Shown here piece after piece: positions 40,070 to 51,138 of a stretch of DNA of 64,000 bases; positions within the stretch are counted from its first letter, which is position 1; every line of letters begins with the position of its first letter. The DNA comes from an uncultured Verrucomicrobiae bacterium (GTDB lineage Bacteria > Verrucomicrobiota > Verrucomicrobiia > Limisphaerales > Palsa-1400): assembly GCA_963707025.1 (NCBI GenBank), contig CAVPOM010000012.1:32001-96000 (forward strand). The letters run 5' to 3'. The notes below the pieces were generated by a model that made no database searches, had not been told where the DNA came from, and saw only the letters and a program-made list of their open reading frames with translations. A program made the position numbers and the translations under genes.

Positions 40070-43000
40070 ATGACACGAATCGTTAGGAGGCTATTGCTGC
40101 TGTTTCTAATAATGGGCGCCAGCACCCAACTCAAAGGACAATCAGTGACTCTCGCGTGGAACGCGGACTCCGATCCGGCTGCGACCGGCTACACCATTTA
40201 CTGGGGCACGGTGTCGGGAAACTACGTGGATTCTGAAGACACCGGAACAAATACCACCGTCACGATCACTAACCTCACTGCCGGGACCACCTACTATTTT
40301 GCCGTGACAGCTTACGATGGAGTGGGAGACGAAAGCAGCGACTCGACAGAGGTTGCCTATACAGTGCCGGCAGGGACAGGAACGACTTTCACCTTCGCGA
40401 GCTTGAACCAAACCTACAACGGAGCGCCAGAGAGCGTCGCGGTGACAACAATTCCGGCGAACGTGCCGGTGACGGTAACCTACAACGGTAGCAGCACCGC
40501 GCCGGTCAACGCGGGCGCCTACACGGTGGTGGCGACGGCGCAAAGCCCGGGATCAGGCAGCGCCACCAACACACTCATCATCAGCCCGGCGGCAGCCACC
40601 GTCAGGTTGAGCAACCTATTCGCCACCTACAACGGCAGCGCCCAAGCGGTCACAGTGACCACCAGCCCGGCCGGGCTGGCCACCACCACCACCTACAACG
40701 GCAGCGCCTCCTTCCCCATCAACGTCGGAAGCTACGCGGTGCTCAGCACCATCAACAACTCCAATTACACCGGCAGCGCCACCACCACGCTGGTCATCAC
40801 CCCGGGGGCAGCCACCGTCACCTTGAGCGGCCTGTCCGCCGCCTACAACGGCAGCGCCCACGCGGTCACAGTGACCACAAGCCCGGCCGGGCTGGCTACC
40901 ACCACCACCTACAACGGCAGCGCCTCCGCCCCCATCAACGTCGGAAGCTACGCGGTGCTCAGCACCATCAACAACTCCAATTACACCGGCAGCGCCAGCG
41001 GAACCCTGGTGATCTCGGGCACCAACGCCACCGTGGTCCTGGGCAACCTGGCGCAGATTTACACCGGGAGCGCATGCCCGGTTACCGCCACCACAACGCC
41101 CAGCGGGCTGGCCGTCAATCTCCAGTACAACGGGAGCGGCAGCGCGCCCACCAACTGCGGGAACTACACCGTGGTGGGGACCATCAGCAGCACGAACTAC
41201 TCCGGCAGCGCCAGCGCCACGCTGGTCATCACTCCGGCGGCAGCCACCGTCACCTTGAGCGGCCTGTCCGCCGCCTACAACGGCAGCGCCCACGCGGTCA
41301 CGGTGACCACAAGCCCGGCCGGGCTGGCTACCACCACCACCTACAACGGCAGCGCCTCCGCCCCCATCAATGTCGGGAGCTACGCAGTGCTCAGCACCAT
41401 CAACAACTCCAATTACACCGGCAGCGCCAGCGGAACCCTGGTGATCTCGGGCACCACCGCCAGCGTGGTCCTGGGTAACCTGGCGCAGATTTACACCGGG
41501 AGCGCATGCCCGGTTACCGCCACAACAACGCCCAGCGGGCTGGCCGTCAACCTCCAGTACAACGGGAGCAGTAGCACGCCCACCAATTGTGGGAACTACA
41601 CCGTGGTGGGGACCATCAGCAGCACGAACTACTCCGGCAGCGCCAGCGCCACGCTGGTCATCACTCCGGCGGCAGCCACCGTCACCTTGAGCGGCCTGTC
41701 CGCCGCCTACAACGGCAGCGCCCACGCGGTCACGGTGACCACAAGCCCGGCCGGGCTGGCTACCACCACCACCTACAACGGCAGCGCCTCCGCCCCCATC
41801 AACGTCGGAAGCTACGCGGTGCTCAGCACCATCAACAACTTCAATTACACCGGCAGCGCCAGCGGAACCCTGGTGATCTCGGGCACCAACGCCACCGTGG
41901 CCCTGGGTAACCTGGCGCAGATTTACACCGGGAGCGCATGCCCGGTCACCGCCACCACCACACCCAGCGGGCTGGCCGTCAATCTCCAGTACAACGGGAG
42001 CGGCAGCGCGCCCACCAACTGCGGGAACTACACCGTGGTGGGGACCATCAGCAGCACGAACTACTCCGGCAGCGCCAGCGCCACGCTGGTCATCAGCCCG
42101 GCGGCAGCCACCGTCATCTTGAGCAACCTATGCGCCACCTACAACGGCAGCGCCCAAGCGGTCACGGTGATCACCAGCCCGGCCGGTCTGGCCACCACCA
42201 CCACCTACAACGGCAGCGCCTCCGCCCCCATCAATGTCGGGAGCTACGCAGTGCTCAGCACCATCAACAACTCCAATTACACCGGCAGCGCCAGCGGAAC
42301 CCTGGTGATCTCGGGCACCACCGCCAGCGTGGTCCTGGGTAACCTGGCGCAGATTTACACCGGGAGCGCATGCCCGGTCACCGCCACCACAACGCCCAGC
42401 GGGCTGGCCGTCAATCTCCAGTACAACGGGAGCGGCAGCGCGCCCACCAACTGCGGGAACTACACCGTGGTGGGGACCATCGGCAGCACCAACTACTCCG
42501 GCAGCGCCAGCGCCACGCTGGTCATCAGCCCGGCGGCAGCCACCGTCATCTTGAGCAACCTATGCGCCACCTACAACGGCAGCGCCCAAGCGGTCACGGT
42601 GATCACCAGCCCGGCCGGACTGGCCACCACCACCACCTACAACGGCAGCGCCTCCTTCCCCATCAACGTCGGAAGCTACGCAGTGCTCAGCACCATCAAC
42701 AACTCCAATTACACCGGCAGCACCAACGGAACCCTGGTGATCTCGGGCACCACCGCCAGCGTGGTCCTGGGCAACCTGGCGCAGATCTACACCGGGAACG
42801 CATGCCCGGTCACCGCCACCACAACGCCCAGCGGGCTGGCCGTCAACCTCCAGTACAACGGGAGCGGCAGCGCGCCCACCAACTGCGGGAACTACACCGT
42901 GGTGGGGACCATCAGCAGCACCAGCTACTCCGGCAGCGCCACCAACACGCTGCTCATCAGCCCGGCCACGGCCACCGTCACCTTGGGCGGACTAAACCAG

Positions 43001-43831
43001 GTGTATGACGGCAGCGCCGAGCCTGTGTCAAGCACAACATCACCGCCGGGAATCGCGCTGAAGATCACTTACAACGGCAGCGCCAGCGCGCCGGTCAAAG
43101 TCGGGAGTTACACCGTTCGTGCGATGCCGGTCAGCGCCAATTACGCGGGCGGCGCCACCAATACACTGGTCATCGCCAAGGGCTACGGGACCGTCCTGCT
43201 TGGCAACCTGAATCAAACCTACACCGGATCGGCCATCGTGGTGCAAAGCAGCACGGTGCCAGCCGGCCTGAGCGTCCGCATCACCTACAACGGCAGCACG
43301 AAGGCGCCGAGCAGAATCGGCCAGTACACCGTGGTGGGCACGATCGTGAACCCCGACTACACAGGAAGCGCCACCAACACCCTCACCATCAGCGCCAGCA
43401 AACAAGATGCGGTGGCAATGGAAACCGGGACGGCACAAGTGATGCTTTTTGCCCTCAACCAAATATGCGATGGAACGCCCAAGAATGTGGGAGTCGTGAC
43501 CGTGCCGGGCGGGCTGGCAGTCACGCTGACCTATAATACCAACGGCCCACCGCTCAGCGCCGGCTCTTACACGGCCGTGGCAACGATCGTGGACCCCGAC
43601 TACGCAGGGGCGGCCACCAATACACTGACCCTCTACGACCCAACCAACGCACTGATCTTAACGTGGCCGAGCGGCGCCAGCAACACCACCATTTACACGA
43701 GCACCAACCTCACCGACTGGCTGCCGTTGGGGATCGCCATCGGACCGACCAACCAACTGGTGGTCCCAAAGCAAGCCGGGAGCCGGTTTTACCAAGGGAT
43801 CAACCTGCACATCGCGGCGCCGGCCCCCTAA
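40070..43831 (+). CDS. Large surface protein: FN3 + many MBG-like Ig repeats + C-terminal sorting-like domain
   Basis: Signal peptide; VTLAW...GYTIYWG...YYFAVTAY (FN3); repeats L.Q.YNGS...P.GL....YNG...G.Y.V...NY.GSA..TL.I. Confidence 0.9.
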   Translation: MTRIVRRLLLLFLIMGASTQLKGQSVTLAWNADSDPAATGYTIYWGTVSGNYVDSEDTGTNTTVTITNLTAGTTYYFAVTAYDGVGDESSDSTEVAYTVPAGTGTTFTFASLNQTYNGAPESVAVTTIPANVPVTVTYNGSSTAPVNAGAYTVVATAQSPGSGSATNTLIISPAAATVRLSNLFATYNGSAQAVTVTTSPAGLATTTTYNGSASFPINVGSYAVLSTINNSNYTGSATTTLVITPGAATVTLSGLSAAYNGSAHAVTVTTSPAGLATTTTYNGSASAPINVGSYAVLSTINNSNYTGSASGTLVISGTNATVVLGNLAQIYTGSACPVTATTTPSGLAVNLQYNGSGSAPTNCGNYTVVGTISSTNYSGSASATLVITPAAATVTLSGLSAAYNGSAHAVTVTTSPAGLATTTTYNGSASAPINVGSYAVLSTINNSNYTGSASGTLVISGTTASVVLGNLAQIYTGSACPVTATTTPSGLAVNLQYNGSSSTPTNCGNYTVVGTISSTNYSGSASATLVITPAAATVTLSGLSAAYNGSAHAVTVTTSPAGLATTTTYNGSASAPINVGSYAVLSTINNFNYTGSASGTLVISGTNATVALGNLAQIYTGSACPVTATTTPSGLAVNLQYNGSGSAPTNCGNYTVVGTISSTNYSGSASATLVISPAAATVILSNLCATYNGSAQAVTVITSPAGLATTTTYNGSASAPINVGSYAVLSTINNSNYTGSASGTLVISGTTASVVLGNLAQIYTGSACPVTATTTPSGLAVNLQYNGSGSAPTNCGNYTVVGTIGSTNYSGSASATLVISPAAATVILSNLCATYNGSAQAVTVITSPAGLATTTTYNGSASFPINVGSYAVLSTINNSNYTGSTNGTLVISGTTASVVLGNLAQIYTGNACPVTATTTPSGLAVNLQYNGSGSAPTNCGNYTVVGTISSTSYSGSATNTLLISPATATVTLGGLNQVYDGSAEPVSSTTSPPGIALKITYNGSASAPVKVGSYTVRAMPVSANYAGGATNTLVIAKGYGTVLLGNLNQTYTGSAIVVQSSTVPAGLSVRITYNGSTKAPSRIGQYTVVGTIVNPDYTGSATNTLTISASKQDAVAMETGTAQVMLFALNQICDGTPKNVGVVTVPGGLAVTLTYNTNGPPLSAGSYTAVATIVDPDYAGAATNTLTLYDPTNALILTWPSGASNTTIYTSTNLTDWLPLGIAIGPTNQLVVPKQAGSRFYQGINLHIAAPAP
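40580..42980 (+). repeat. Near-identical 432-bp intragenic tandem repeats (~5.5 units of two domains each)
   Basis: gcatgcccgg recurs near 41074, 41506, 41938, 42370 and 42802. Confidence 0.85.
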
Positions 43832-44173
43832 CCGGGCCAATCCCGCCGGGAGGCCGAAGCGGCGCGGCCGGGTGAGTTTCTAGCCGCCCTGGTTTACGCC
43901 GGCATTCTTGCGGCCTTTTCTTGGCATGTTTCCGACAGAATTGGCTTGCGTCAGGCCCGAACCTCCCCAACTATCCGGTGCTTGAAACCTTCTTCACAGC
44001 GTGACGGCGGCCCGGGATTCACCCTGCCCGCGGGCGAAAGTCATGCGTCCTGTTTGGACAACCGGCCATTCGCAATGGCGGGCAAATCTGAAATCGGATT
44101 GGAAAGGGAGGCGCGGGAGGGCGGGCGAAACCCTGGCTTTGAAGGAAGGAAAAGAACTCATAACTAAAAAACA

Positions 44174-45499
44174 ATGAAAACTCATATCAAACACCTGTTG
44201 ATCACACTGGCGCTGCTGGCGGTCATCCCTCCGGCCGGGGCGCAAAGTGGCTTCACGTTTAGCAACCTGGTGACATTTAGCGGCGCGAACGGTCTTGGGC
44301 CGCAAAACCTGGTTCCGGGAGCCAATGGCGCTTTCTACGGGGCAACCTACGGTGGAGGGACCAATGGTTATGGAGAGGTGTTCCAGATAGCCAGCAACGG
44401 AACGTTCACGGAATTATTTGCCTTTAATGGAAACAATGGAGCTTATCCGGACTATCTTACAGCCGGCAATGATGGAAACATCTACGGCATCACGGGCGGA
44501 ACGGTCAATGAAGGCACCGGCGGTTCGGATTCCTGGGGGGAGTTGTTTCAGATGACCACCGGCGGAGCGCTGACGGTGTTGCATTCGTTGAACGGCCCCA
44601 GCGGCGAGGGCAGTCATCCGTCTGCCCCCTTGGTGGAAAGCAGCGATGGCAGTTTTTACGGCACCACTATGTTTTATGGCGCCGACTATGACGGCACCGT
44701 TTTTCGCTTCTTTAATGGCGCATTGGCTGTGCTGGCGCCCATCAGCAGCACCGGCGCCAACAACCCGACCTTCCTCGCCTTGAATGGCGGTGTTTACGGG
44801 GTAGAGGCGTACGGCGGCTCCGGTGACACAGGCGCGGTCGTCGAATTCAAAAGCGGCGCCTTGACAACGCTGTCTTCCTTCACTGGAGCCAATGGGGACT
44901 ATCCGCAATTATTGCTCAGCGGCAATGATGGGAATTTTTATAGCGTCACCGCCACTGGCGGAGCGGCCAGTGGCGGGAGTTTTTGCAGGATTACGACCGC
45001 CGGAGTAATAACGACGTTGTTCTCCTTCAGCGGAACCAATGGCAATTACCCCCTTTCTTTAATTCTGGGCAAAGACGGCAATTTCTACGGAACGACGGGA
45101 TACGGCGGCGCTAATTCCAACTCCAGCCCTTCCGGAGATGGAACGGTTTTTAAAATCACGCCCGGCGGGGCCGAGACCGTTTTATTTTCATTCGCGGGCA
45201 CCAATGGGGCGACTCCCAACTCGCTGATACAAGCCGGCGACGGCAGTTTTTATGGCACCACCACCTATGGCGACGGCTCGGTGTTTGCCTTGCGGGCCAG
45301 CCCGCCCACTTTGGGAATTGCCGAATCGGGCAACCAATCTGTGCTGTACTGGGCGGCTTCGGCTGCGAATTATGTGTTGCAGACGACCACCAATGTGGCT
45401 TCCGGCAACTGGGCGAACGTCACCAATGGCACGTCCATTACAGGCGCCATGGTGCCCAATACTTCGCCTGCCGGCTTCTTCCGGCTGCAAGAGCAATAA
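44174..45499 (+). CDS. Secreted choice-of-anchor GloVer-type repeat protein
   Basis: Repeats L..G.DGNFYGTT..GG....GTVFKIT..G..T.LFSF.G.NG..P; C-terminal ...GFFRLQ domain. Confidence 0.85.
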   Translation: MKTHIKHLLITLALLAVIPPAGAQSGFTFSNLVTFSGANGLGPQNLVPGANGAFYGATYGGGTNGYGEVFQIASNGTFTELFAFNGNNGAYPDYLTAGNDGNIYGITGGTVNEGTGGSDSWGELFQMTTGGALTVLHSLNGPSGEGSHPSAPLVESSDGSFYGTTMFYGADYDGTVFRFFNGALAVLAPISSTGANNPTFLALNGGVYGVEAYGGSGDTGAVVEFKSGALTTLSSFTGANGDYPQLLLSGNDGNFYSVTATGGAASGGSFCRITTAGVITTLFSFSGTNGNYPLSLILGKDGNFYGTTGYGGANSNSSPSGDGTVFKITPGGAETVLFSFAGTNGATPNSLIQAGDGSFYGTTTYGDGSVFALRASPPTLGIAESGNQSVLYWAASAANYVLQTTTNVASGNWANVTNGTSITGAMVPNTSPAGFFRLQEQ

Positions 45500-45584
45500 T
45501 AGAGGGCGGAAACGAACCGGCGAGGGCGCCGGCTGGAACCCGCGGGGCGCGTGTCCCCGAAAGGCTTGGCCACCGCTCCGGCGA

Positions 45585-45701
45585 CCTCTGCAAAACGCGC
45601 GTCCACGATTGTAGCGGCGGTCTATGGCCGCCACCCGCAAACCGAGGGAGATAACGGAATGGCGGCGGTCGCAGACCGCCGCTACAGGCTTTTGGCAGAG
45701 G
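45585..45701. repeat. REPIN (GTAGCGGCGGTC...GACCGCCGCTAC) with CCTCTGC/GCAGAGG outer IR
   Basis: Inverted pair between convergent genes. Confidence 0.75.
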
Positions 45702-45706
45702 ACCGC

Positions 45707-46366
45707 CTACGGGGTTGTCTTGGGCGCGGGCACCGCATCATCCGGCAGCACCTTGATGAGGATGTTGCGGAAACTGCAGGTGCCGTGATCGCCTTGCAAC
45801 ATGATGGGTCCCGGCGTCGTCACCCTGCTGTCCAGCTCGCTGCCGGTGGCCTTGTTGCACTCCACATTGTCATGCACCAGGACGCCGTTCAAGATGACGG
45901 TGATGCGGTTGCTGATGATGGTGGCCTCCACCGTCTGCCATTCGCCGGCCGGCTTGGTCACGAACTTGTCCGGCGCCTTGAACCCGTAAATGGAACCGTT
46001 GCAAGTGTTGTCGGGCAGGCGGTTGGGACGATAGTCGCCCAGAATCTGAATCTCGTGCCGGCCGCGGAGGAAGAAGCCGCTGTTGGCGTCTTGCGGGGTC
46101 ATGTATTCGTAGCGGACGGTGAAATTCCAGAATTTGTTGGTCGTCAAAAGGTCGCTGCCATTGTGTTCCTCCTCCTGGGCAGTGTTTTTAAGGATGCCGC
46201 CCGGCTCGAGCGACCAGGAGGGCTTGCTGCGATTGCGCAGCCTCCAGCCGGTGAGGTCCTTGCCGTTGAACAAGGGGATGAAATCCTTTTCATCATCGGC
46301 GGCCGGCGCGGTCATGGCCATGGCGGCGGCGAATGTCAATGCGAGTAATGCGGCTGATTTCGTCAT
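45707..46366 (-). CDS. DUF1080 / 3-keto-disaccharide hydrolase family protein
   Basis: PLFNGKDLTGW, NSGFFLRG..EIQI, GPIMLQGDHG..FRNI. Confidence 0.9.
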   Translation of the reverse strand: MTKSAALLALTFAAAMAMTAPAADDEKDFIPLFNGKDLTGWRLRNRSKPSWSLEPGGILKNTAQEEEHNGSDLLTTNKFWNFTVRYEYMTPQDANSGFFLRGRHEIQILGDYRPNRLPDNTCNGSIYGFKAPDKFVTKPAGEWQTVEATIISNRITVILNGVLVHDNVECNKATGSELDSRVTTPGPIMLQGDHGTCSFRNILIKVLPDDAVPAPKTTP

Positions 46367-46489
46367 GCGTTCTCTTTTGAGGTGATGGTCAGGGCGTTAC
46401 CTTACGGAAGGTGCAATCGAAGTCAATGGAGATTGTTCCATTTTAATGGACAAGGCAAACAGGCCGGGCTAATTTCCAAGCTGAAACCT

Positions 46490-47621
46490 GTGAAAAAATT
46501 CCTGATGGTTCTTGGCGGCATGATTATTTTGACCGCCCCGGCCGCTCGCGCGCAAGAGGAAAGGCCGCCCGTCCGCATCGCCATTGTCGGGCTGACGCAC
46601 GATCATGCGCTCGGCTTCATCCCCAACACCCGGGACCGGAAGGATATTCAACTGGCCGGAATCGTGGAGTCCAACGCGCCCCTGGCGGCGCGTTACGCGG
46701 CGCGCTTTCACCTCGATACCAACCTCTTTTTCGCCAGCCTGGAGGATTTGCTGGCGCGAACCAACGTGCAGGCGGTGGCCACGTTTACCAGCACGTTCGA
46801 TCACCGGCGCGTGGTGGAAACTTGCGCGCGTCTGGGAATAAAAACGGTCATGATGGAGAAGCCGCTGGCGGTCAACATGGAACATGCCCGCGCCATGGCG
46901 GCGGCGGCAAAAAAAGGCGGGCTGCAACTGCTGGTCAATTATGAAACGACCTGGTATGCCGGCAACCAGGCCGCCTATGCGCTGGCCTGCGAGCAACACG
47001 CGCTGGGAGATTTGCGCAAAATCGTGGTGCATGACGGCCATCGCGGGCCAAAAGAGATCGGCTGCTCGGAGACTTTTCTCTCCTGGCTGACCGACCCGGT
47101 GCTCAACGGCGGGGGCGCGCTGAATGATTTTGGGTGCTACGGCGCCGACCTGGCCACCTGGCTGATGCAAGGACAACGGCCCCTTTCGGTTTTTGCCGTC
47201 ACCCAGCAAATCAAGCCGGAGATTTATCCCAAAGTGGAGGACGAGGCCACCATCGTGATCACTTATCCAAAGACTCAGGCCATTCTGCAAGCTTCCTGGA
47301 ACTGGCCGTTCGACCGGAAGGACATGGAAATCTATGGCCGCACCGGTTATGTGCTGGTGCCGCGCCCCAACGCGCTGCGGGTGCGTCTGAGCAACGCCGC
47401 GGAAAGCCAAACCAACGATCTTCCCAAGCTGACCGGGCCGTCGGCCGACTCGCTTTCTTATCTTGCCGCGGTGGTTCGCGGCGACATCCAGCCTTTCGGG
47501 GCTTTCCTCGCTCCCTGTCAATATGACCGTGGTGGAAATTCTGGACGCCGCCCACCAATCGGCCCGAACCGGCCGCCGGGTTGATCTTCCCGCCCAGGCC
47601 GACGGAGCCTCTCCGAAATAG
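46490..47621 (+). CDS. Gfo/Idh/MocA oxidoreductase (+1 insertion near 47495)
   Basis: IAIVGLTHDH, MEKPLA, GGGALNDFGCYG; the +1 frame continues SSLPVNMTVVEILDAA to TAG 47621. Confidence 0.88.
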
Positions 47622-47631
47622 CGCCGCGGCA

Positions 47632-48798
47632 TCAGCGCTGGAAGAGGTAAGCCTGCCCGCTGATGTGGGTGAGATAGAAGGAATCGGTCTTGGGATCCCA
47701 AACTCCAAATTCAAACCGCCCGCTCCTCATACTGCGATCCTCTCCAAAAGGCGCCGCCAGATTCCACGTCTTGCCGCCGTCCTTGCTCTCGGAAAAACCG
47801 TCCCTCCCATACACCACGATATGCTTCTCGTCCTCGCCGAACATGACCGGCCCCAAAAGCCCCGCATAATCCCCGCCGGTCAAGGCCCAATGTTCGCCCT
47901 TGTCCTGACTCGTTAAAATCCCCTTGCGCGTGGTCAGATAGGCCGTGCCTTTGAACACGACGACATGGCCGAGATGGGAGGGAAATGAGCAATCGGCCAC
48001 CTTGGTCCAGTTTGATCCGCCATCGGTGCTGCGGAACAGCCCGCTGGTCTCGCCCGAGCCGGACATTCCTTTGAGCAAGACATCCGGCCCGATGACACCC
48101 AGCGCCTGGCACGACCCGCCCTTGCCCAGCGGCGTCCAGGTCTGCCCGCTGTCCCGGCTGAGGACCAAATCGCCGCTATGATGCTTCTGGGCAATCATCG
48201 TCATCTCCCCGCTGGCCGACCAATCCACCGCGCCCATGTTGTAGCCGAACGCCGCTGAATCGGTCGTCAGCGCGCGCCAGGTCTTTCCGCCGTCGCGCGT
48301 CAAGGCGCAGGTGGTGCTGGTTTTCCTGCCTTGAATGGAAAACAGGCAAAGCCCCCGGCCCGCCGGATCAATATCTGGCCCCGCCGTCTCCCAAAACGCG
48401 TCATAGGTGCCCCCGTCAACCCGTTGGAACGGGGCGGAGGCCGCGGCAGCGGGTTGCCAGATTCCCTGCCCCTCGATGATGATCAGAGGACTGGGCAAAG
48501 AGCGGTCGGCGAGAATGCCACAAACCCCGGCGCCGTTGGTGGAATCATAGGCGAATTTGATGACGGGCTTGATATCGCGTCTGGCGAAGTCGGCCAGCAA
48601 GCCTTCGGAGATATTCACCCAGGCGCCTTTTTTCCCGGCCAGCAGCGCCATGCCATCGGCTTCCTTGCCGGAAGGGCTTTCGTAAGCCCAGCCCATGCCC
48701 GGACGAAACACCAGCGGCGCCGGGGCCCTGAGGGCAAACAGAAACAGGGCCAGGCAAACCAGAAAAACACCCATAGACCATCGTTTCACAACCGTCAC
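47632..48798 (-). CDS. Secreted BNR/Asp-box beta-propeller protein
   Basis: Repeated S/T.D.G.TW boxes (TRDGGKTW, SRDSGQTW, STDGGSNW, SKDGGKTW). Confidence 0.8.
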   Translation of the reverse strand: MTVVKRWSMGVFLVCLALFLFALRAPAPLVFRPGMGWAYESPSGKEADGMALLAGKKGAWVNISEGLLADFARRDIKPVIKFAYDSTNGAGVCGILADRSLPSPLIIIEGQGIWQPAAAASAPFQRVDGGTYDAFWETAGPDIDPAGRGLCLFSIQGRKTSTTCALTRDGGKTWRALTTDSAAFGYNMGAVDWSASGEMTMIAQKHHSGDLVLSRDSGQTWTPLGKGGSCQALGVIGPDVLLKGMSGSGETSGLFRSTDGGSNWTKVADCSFPSHLGHVVVFKGTAYLTTRKGILTSQDKGEHWALTGGDYAGLLGPVMFGEDEKHIVVYGRDGFSESKDGGKTWNLAAPFGEDRSMRSGRFEFGVWDPKTDSFYLTHISGQAYLFQR

Positions 48799-49021
48799 CG
48801 TATCCCAAAGGCGACCGCCAAGTCAACGCGGCGTGGCGATTATGAATGAAAAAGGGCGCAGGACAAATCGGTGGCGCTTGCGCTGGCTTGATGGGTGCAA
48901 GAGCAACCCCGTTGTCCGCCGCGCAAAGAACCGCCGGTTTGAGAGCGGGAGTTTGTTCCCGCTTTCCGAAAGCGGCGCCGACCCGCCGGCACACTCCCCA
49001 GAGCACTGCGGTTGGGCCTGG

Positions 49022-51029
49022 TTAGAATTTTTCGGAGGCTTCCATGCCGACCAGGCAAACGTCGTCGGTGAATTCATGGCCTTCGGCGAATTCCGGGATT
49101 TCCTTGAGGAGCTCGTTGAAAAGCTCTTCGCAATGGAGATGGGCGTGTTTGCGCACTGCCGCCAGGAGCTGATCCTGGGTGAATTCGACGTGGCCCGGGC
49201 CTTCCACCTCATAAAGACCGTCGGTGAAGAGCATGACCAGGTCGCCGCCGGCCAGGGGACAGGAGGCGGCGGGGTAGGTGGTGTTCTCGAACAAGCCCAG
49301 GGCGGGGCGCGCCCGGCCGTCGGGATATTTGAGAATCTCCACTTCGCCGCGCGGGCGGTGGATGAGGAAGGGCCGGGGATGACCGGCATTGGCAAAGGTG
49401 ATCTGGCGGGTTGCCAAGTCGGCCACGAGGTAAAAGGCGGTGGTGAAAAGGGGGGTGCCGGATTGCTGCAAAATGGAGCGGATATCGCGGTTGATTCGTG
49501 TCAACAATTGGCCCGGATCGGCGGCGATGGGGCGCAATTCCTCCACCAGGGCGCGGACCATGGCGGTGACCAGGGCGGAACGGACGCCGTGGCCCATCAC
49601 GTCGCAGATGAACAAACCGGCCAGGTTGGGGGCGAGGGGCAGGACGTTGAAAAAGTCGCCGCCGACCTGGCCGGTGGGATGATAGCGGTGGCGGAATTGG
49701 AGCAGACTCTGGTCGGGTTGGGCGCCGAGGGGAAAGGCGGGATATTGCTGGGGCAGCATGGCCAGTTGGATTTCGCGGGCCATTTTCAGGTCCGCCTCCA
49801 TGATTTCGTTTTTTTTCTGCAACTCCGCCTGGCTGCGGGCCAGTTCGGCGTGCATGCGGTGCTCGCGTTCCTCGGCCTGCTTGCGCAGGGTGATGTCGCG
49901 GAAGACGCTGAGGAGGAGCGACCGGCCCTCTTCCAAATCAATGAAGGTGTTGGACAGTTCGAAGTCCACCGTCTTGCCGGAGCGGAGAGGGAGGTGGCGT
50001 TCCAGTTGCTTGTCAATGACGCGATCGGCAAAGCGCTTCTGGTAAGCGCGGGTCATGGCGGGCAAATCCCCGCTTTCGGCGTAGGCGACGGTGAAGGGGC
50101 GCCCCACCAATTCTTCGGTGGGCAGGCCGACCAGGCTGGCATAGGAGCGGTTGACCGCCAGGACAATGCCTTGTTCATCGGTCAGGCGCATGCCGTCGTT
50201 GGAATTCTGCCAGACCGAGCGGAAGCGGGTTTCGGAGAAGCGCAGTTTCTCCTCGGCCTCCTTGCGGGCGGTGATGTCCTCCACCATGCCTTCGTAATAC
50301 TCGATTTTGCCTTCCTGGTTGCGCACGGCCCGGGCGTTTTCCGCAATCCAGATCACCGTGCCGTCCTTGCGATGGATCTGCGATTCGAAATCCGCCACCA
50401 CCCCTTGCTCCTGCATGAGGCGGATGAACTCCGCCCGCCGGTTGGGATCCACGTAGAGCAGCCGGGCAATGTCGCTGATGCACGACATCAATTCCTCGGT
50501 GGAGCCATAGCCGTAAATGCGGGCCAGGGCGGGATTGACGTTGAGATAGCGGCCTTCGGGCGAGGTCTGGAAAATGCCGGAAACGGAATTTTCAAAAATG
50601 CTGCGGTATTTCTCCTGCGCCGTGAGCGTGGCCTTTTTGGCCTGGGTGCGCTCCATCGCATAAATGATGGCCCGCAGGACCAGGGGCGGGGAGAGCCGGT
50701 CTTTGACCAGGTAATCCTCGGCGCCGGCGTGGACCGCATTGACCGCGGTCGTTTCATCATCAATGCCGCTCAAGATAATGACCGGCACATCATGGGCCGC
50801 CGCCTGGACGGCCTTGAAAGTGTCCAGGCCGCTGCTGTCGTGCAGATTCAAGTCCGTGAGGACCAGATCGGCCGGCCCGCGGCCCAGGCAGGCCCGGGCC
50901 TCGGCCAGGCTGCCAGGCCACCTCCAGGTCGAAGCGTCCGCCGCCGGACTTCTGCAAGGCGTTCTGCAAGAGGGCGACATCCACCGGATTGTCCTCGATG
51001 AGCAGGATCTTGATTTTGCGTATTTCCAT
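49022..51029 (-). CDS. REC-PAS-PAS-SpoIIE (PP2C) phosphatase (+1 insertion near 50915)
   Basis: MEIRKIKILLIED (ORF 50790..51029) joins DLVLTDLNL; VGGDFF, DVMGHG, NAGHP, FTDGL, DDV. Confidence 0.9.
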
Positions 51030-51138
51030 GTAATCGGATGCGGCGCCGGAACAGGTCCGGGCGCAAAGGTACCACTACCACCCGCCCAGGCCGGTGTGAA
51101 GCAGAACTTGAGGGATTCGGCCACCCCCGGCAGCCGCC

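Noticed and set aside
43946..44170. Possible riboswitch upstream of the GloVer-repeat gene
   Set aside because: GC-rich hairpins are present but I could not match any aptamer consensus
48695..51001. Long antisense ORFs (also 21130..23334, 11988..13271, 27435..29009, 30718..32085)
   Set aside because: Shadow frames of real genes, expected at high GC; no motifs
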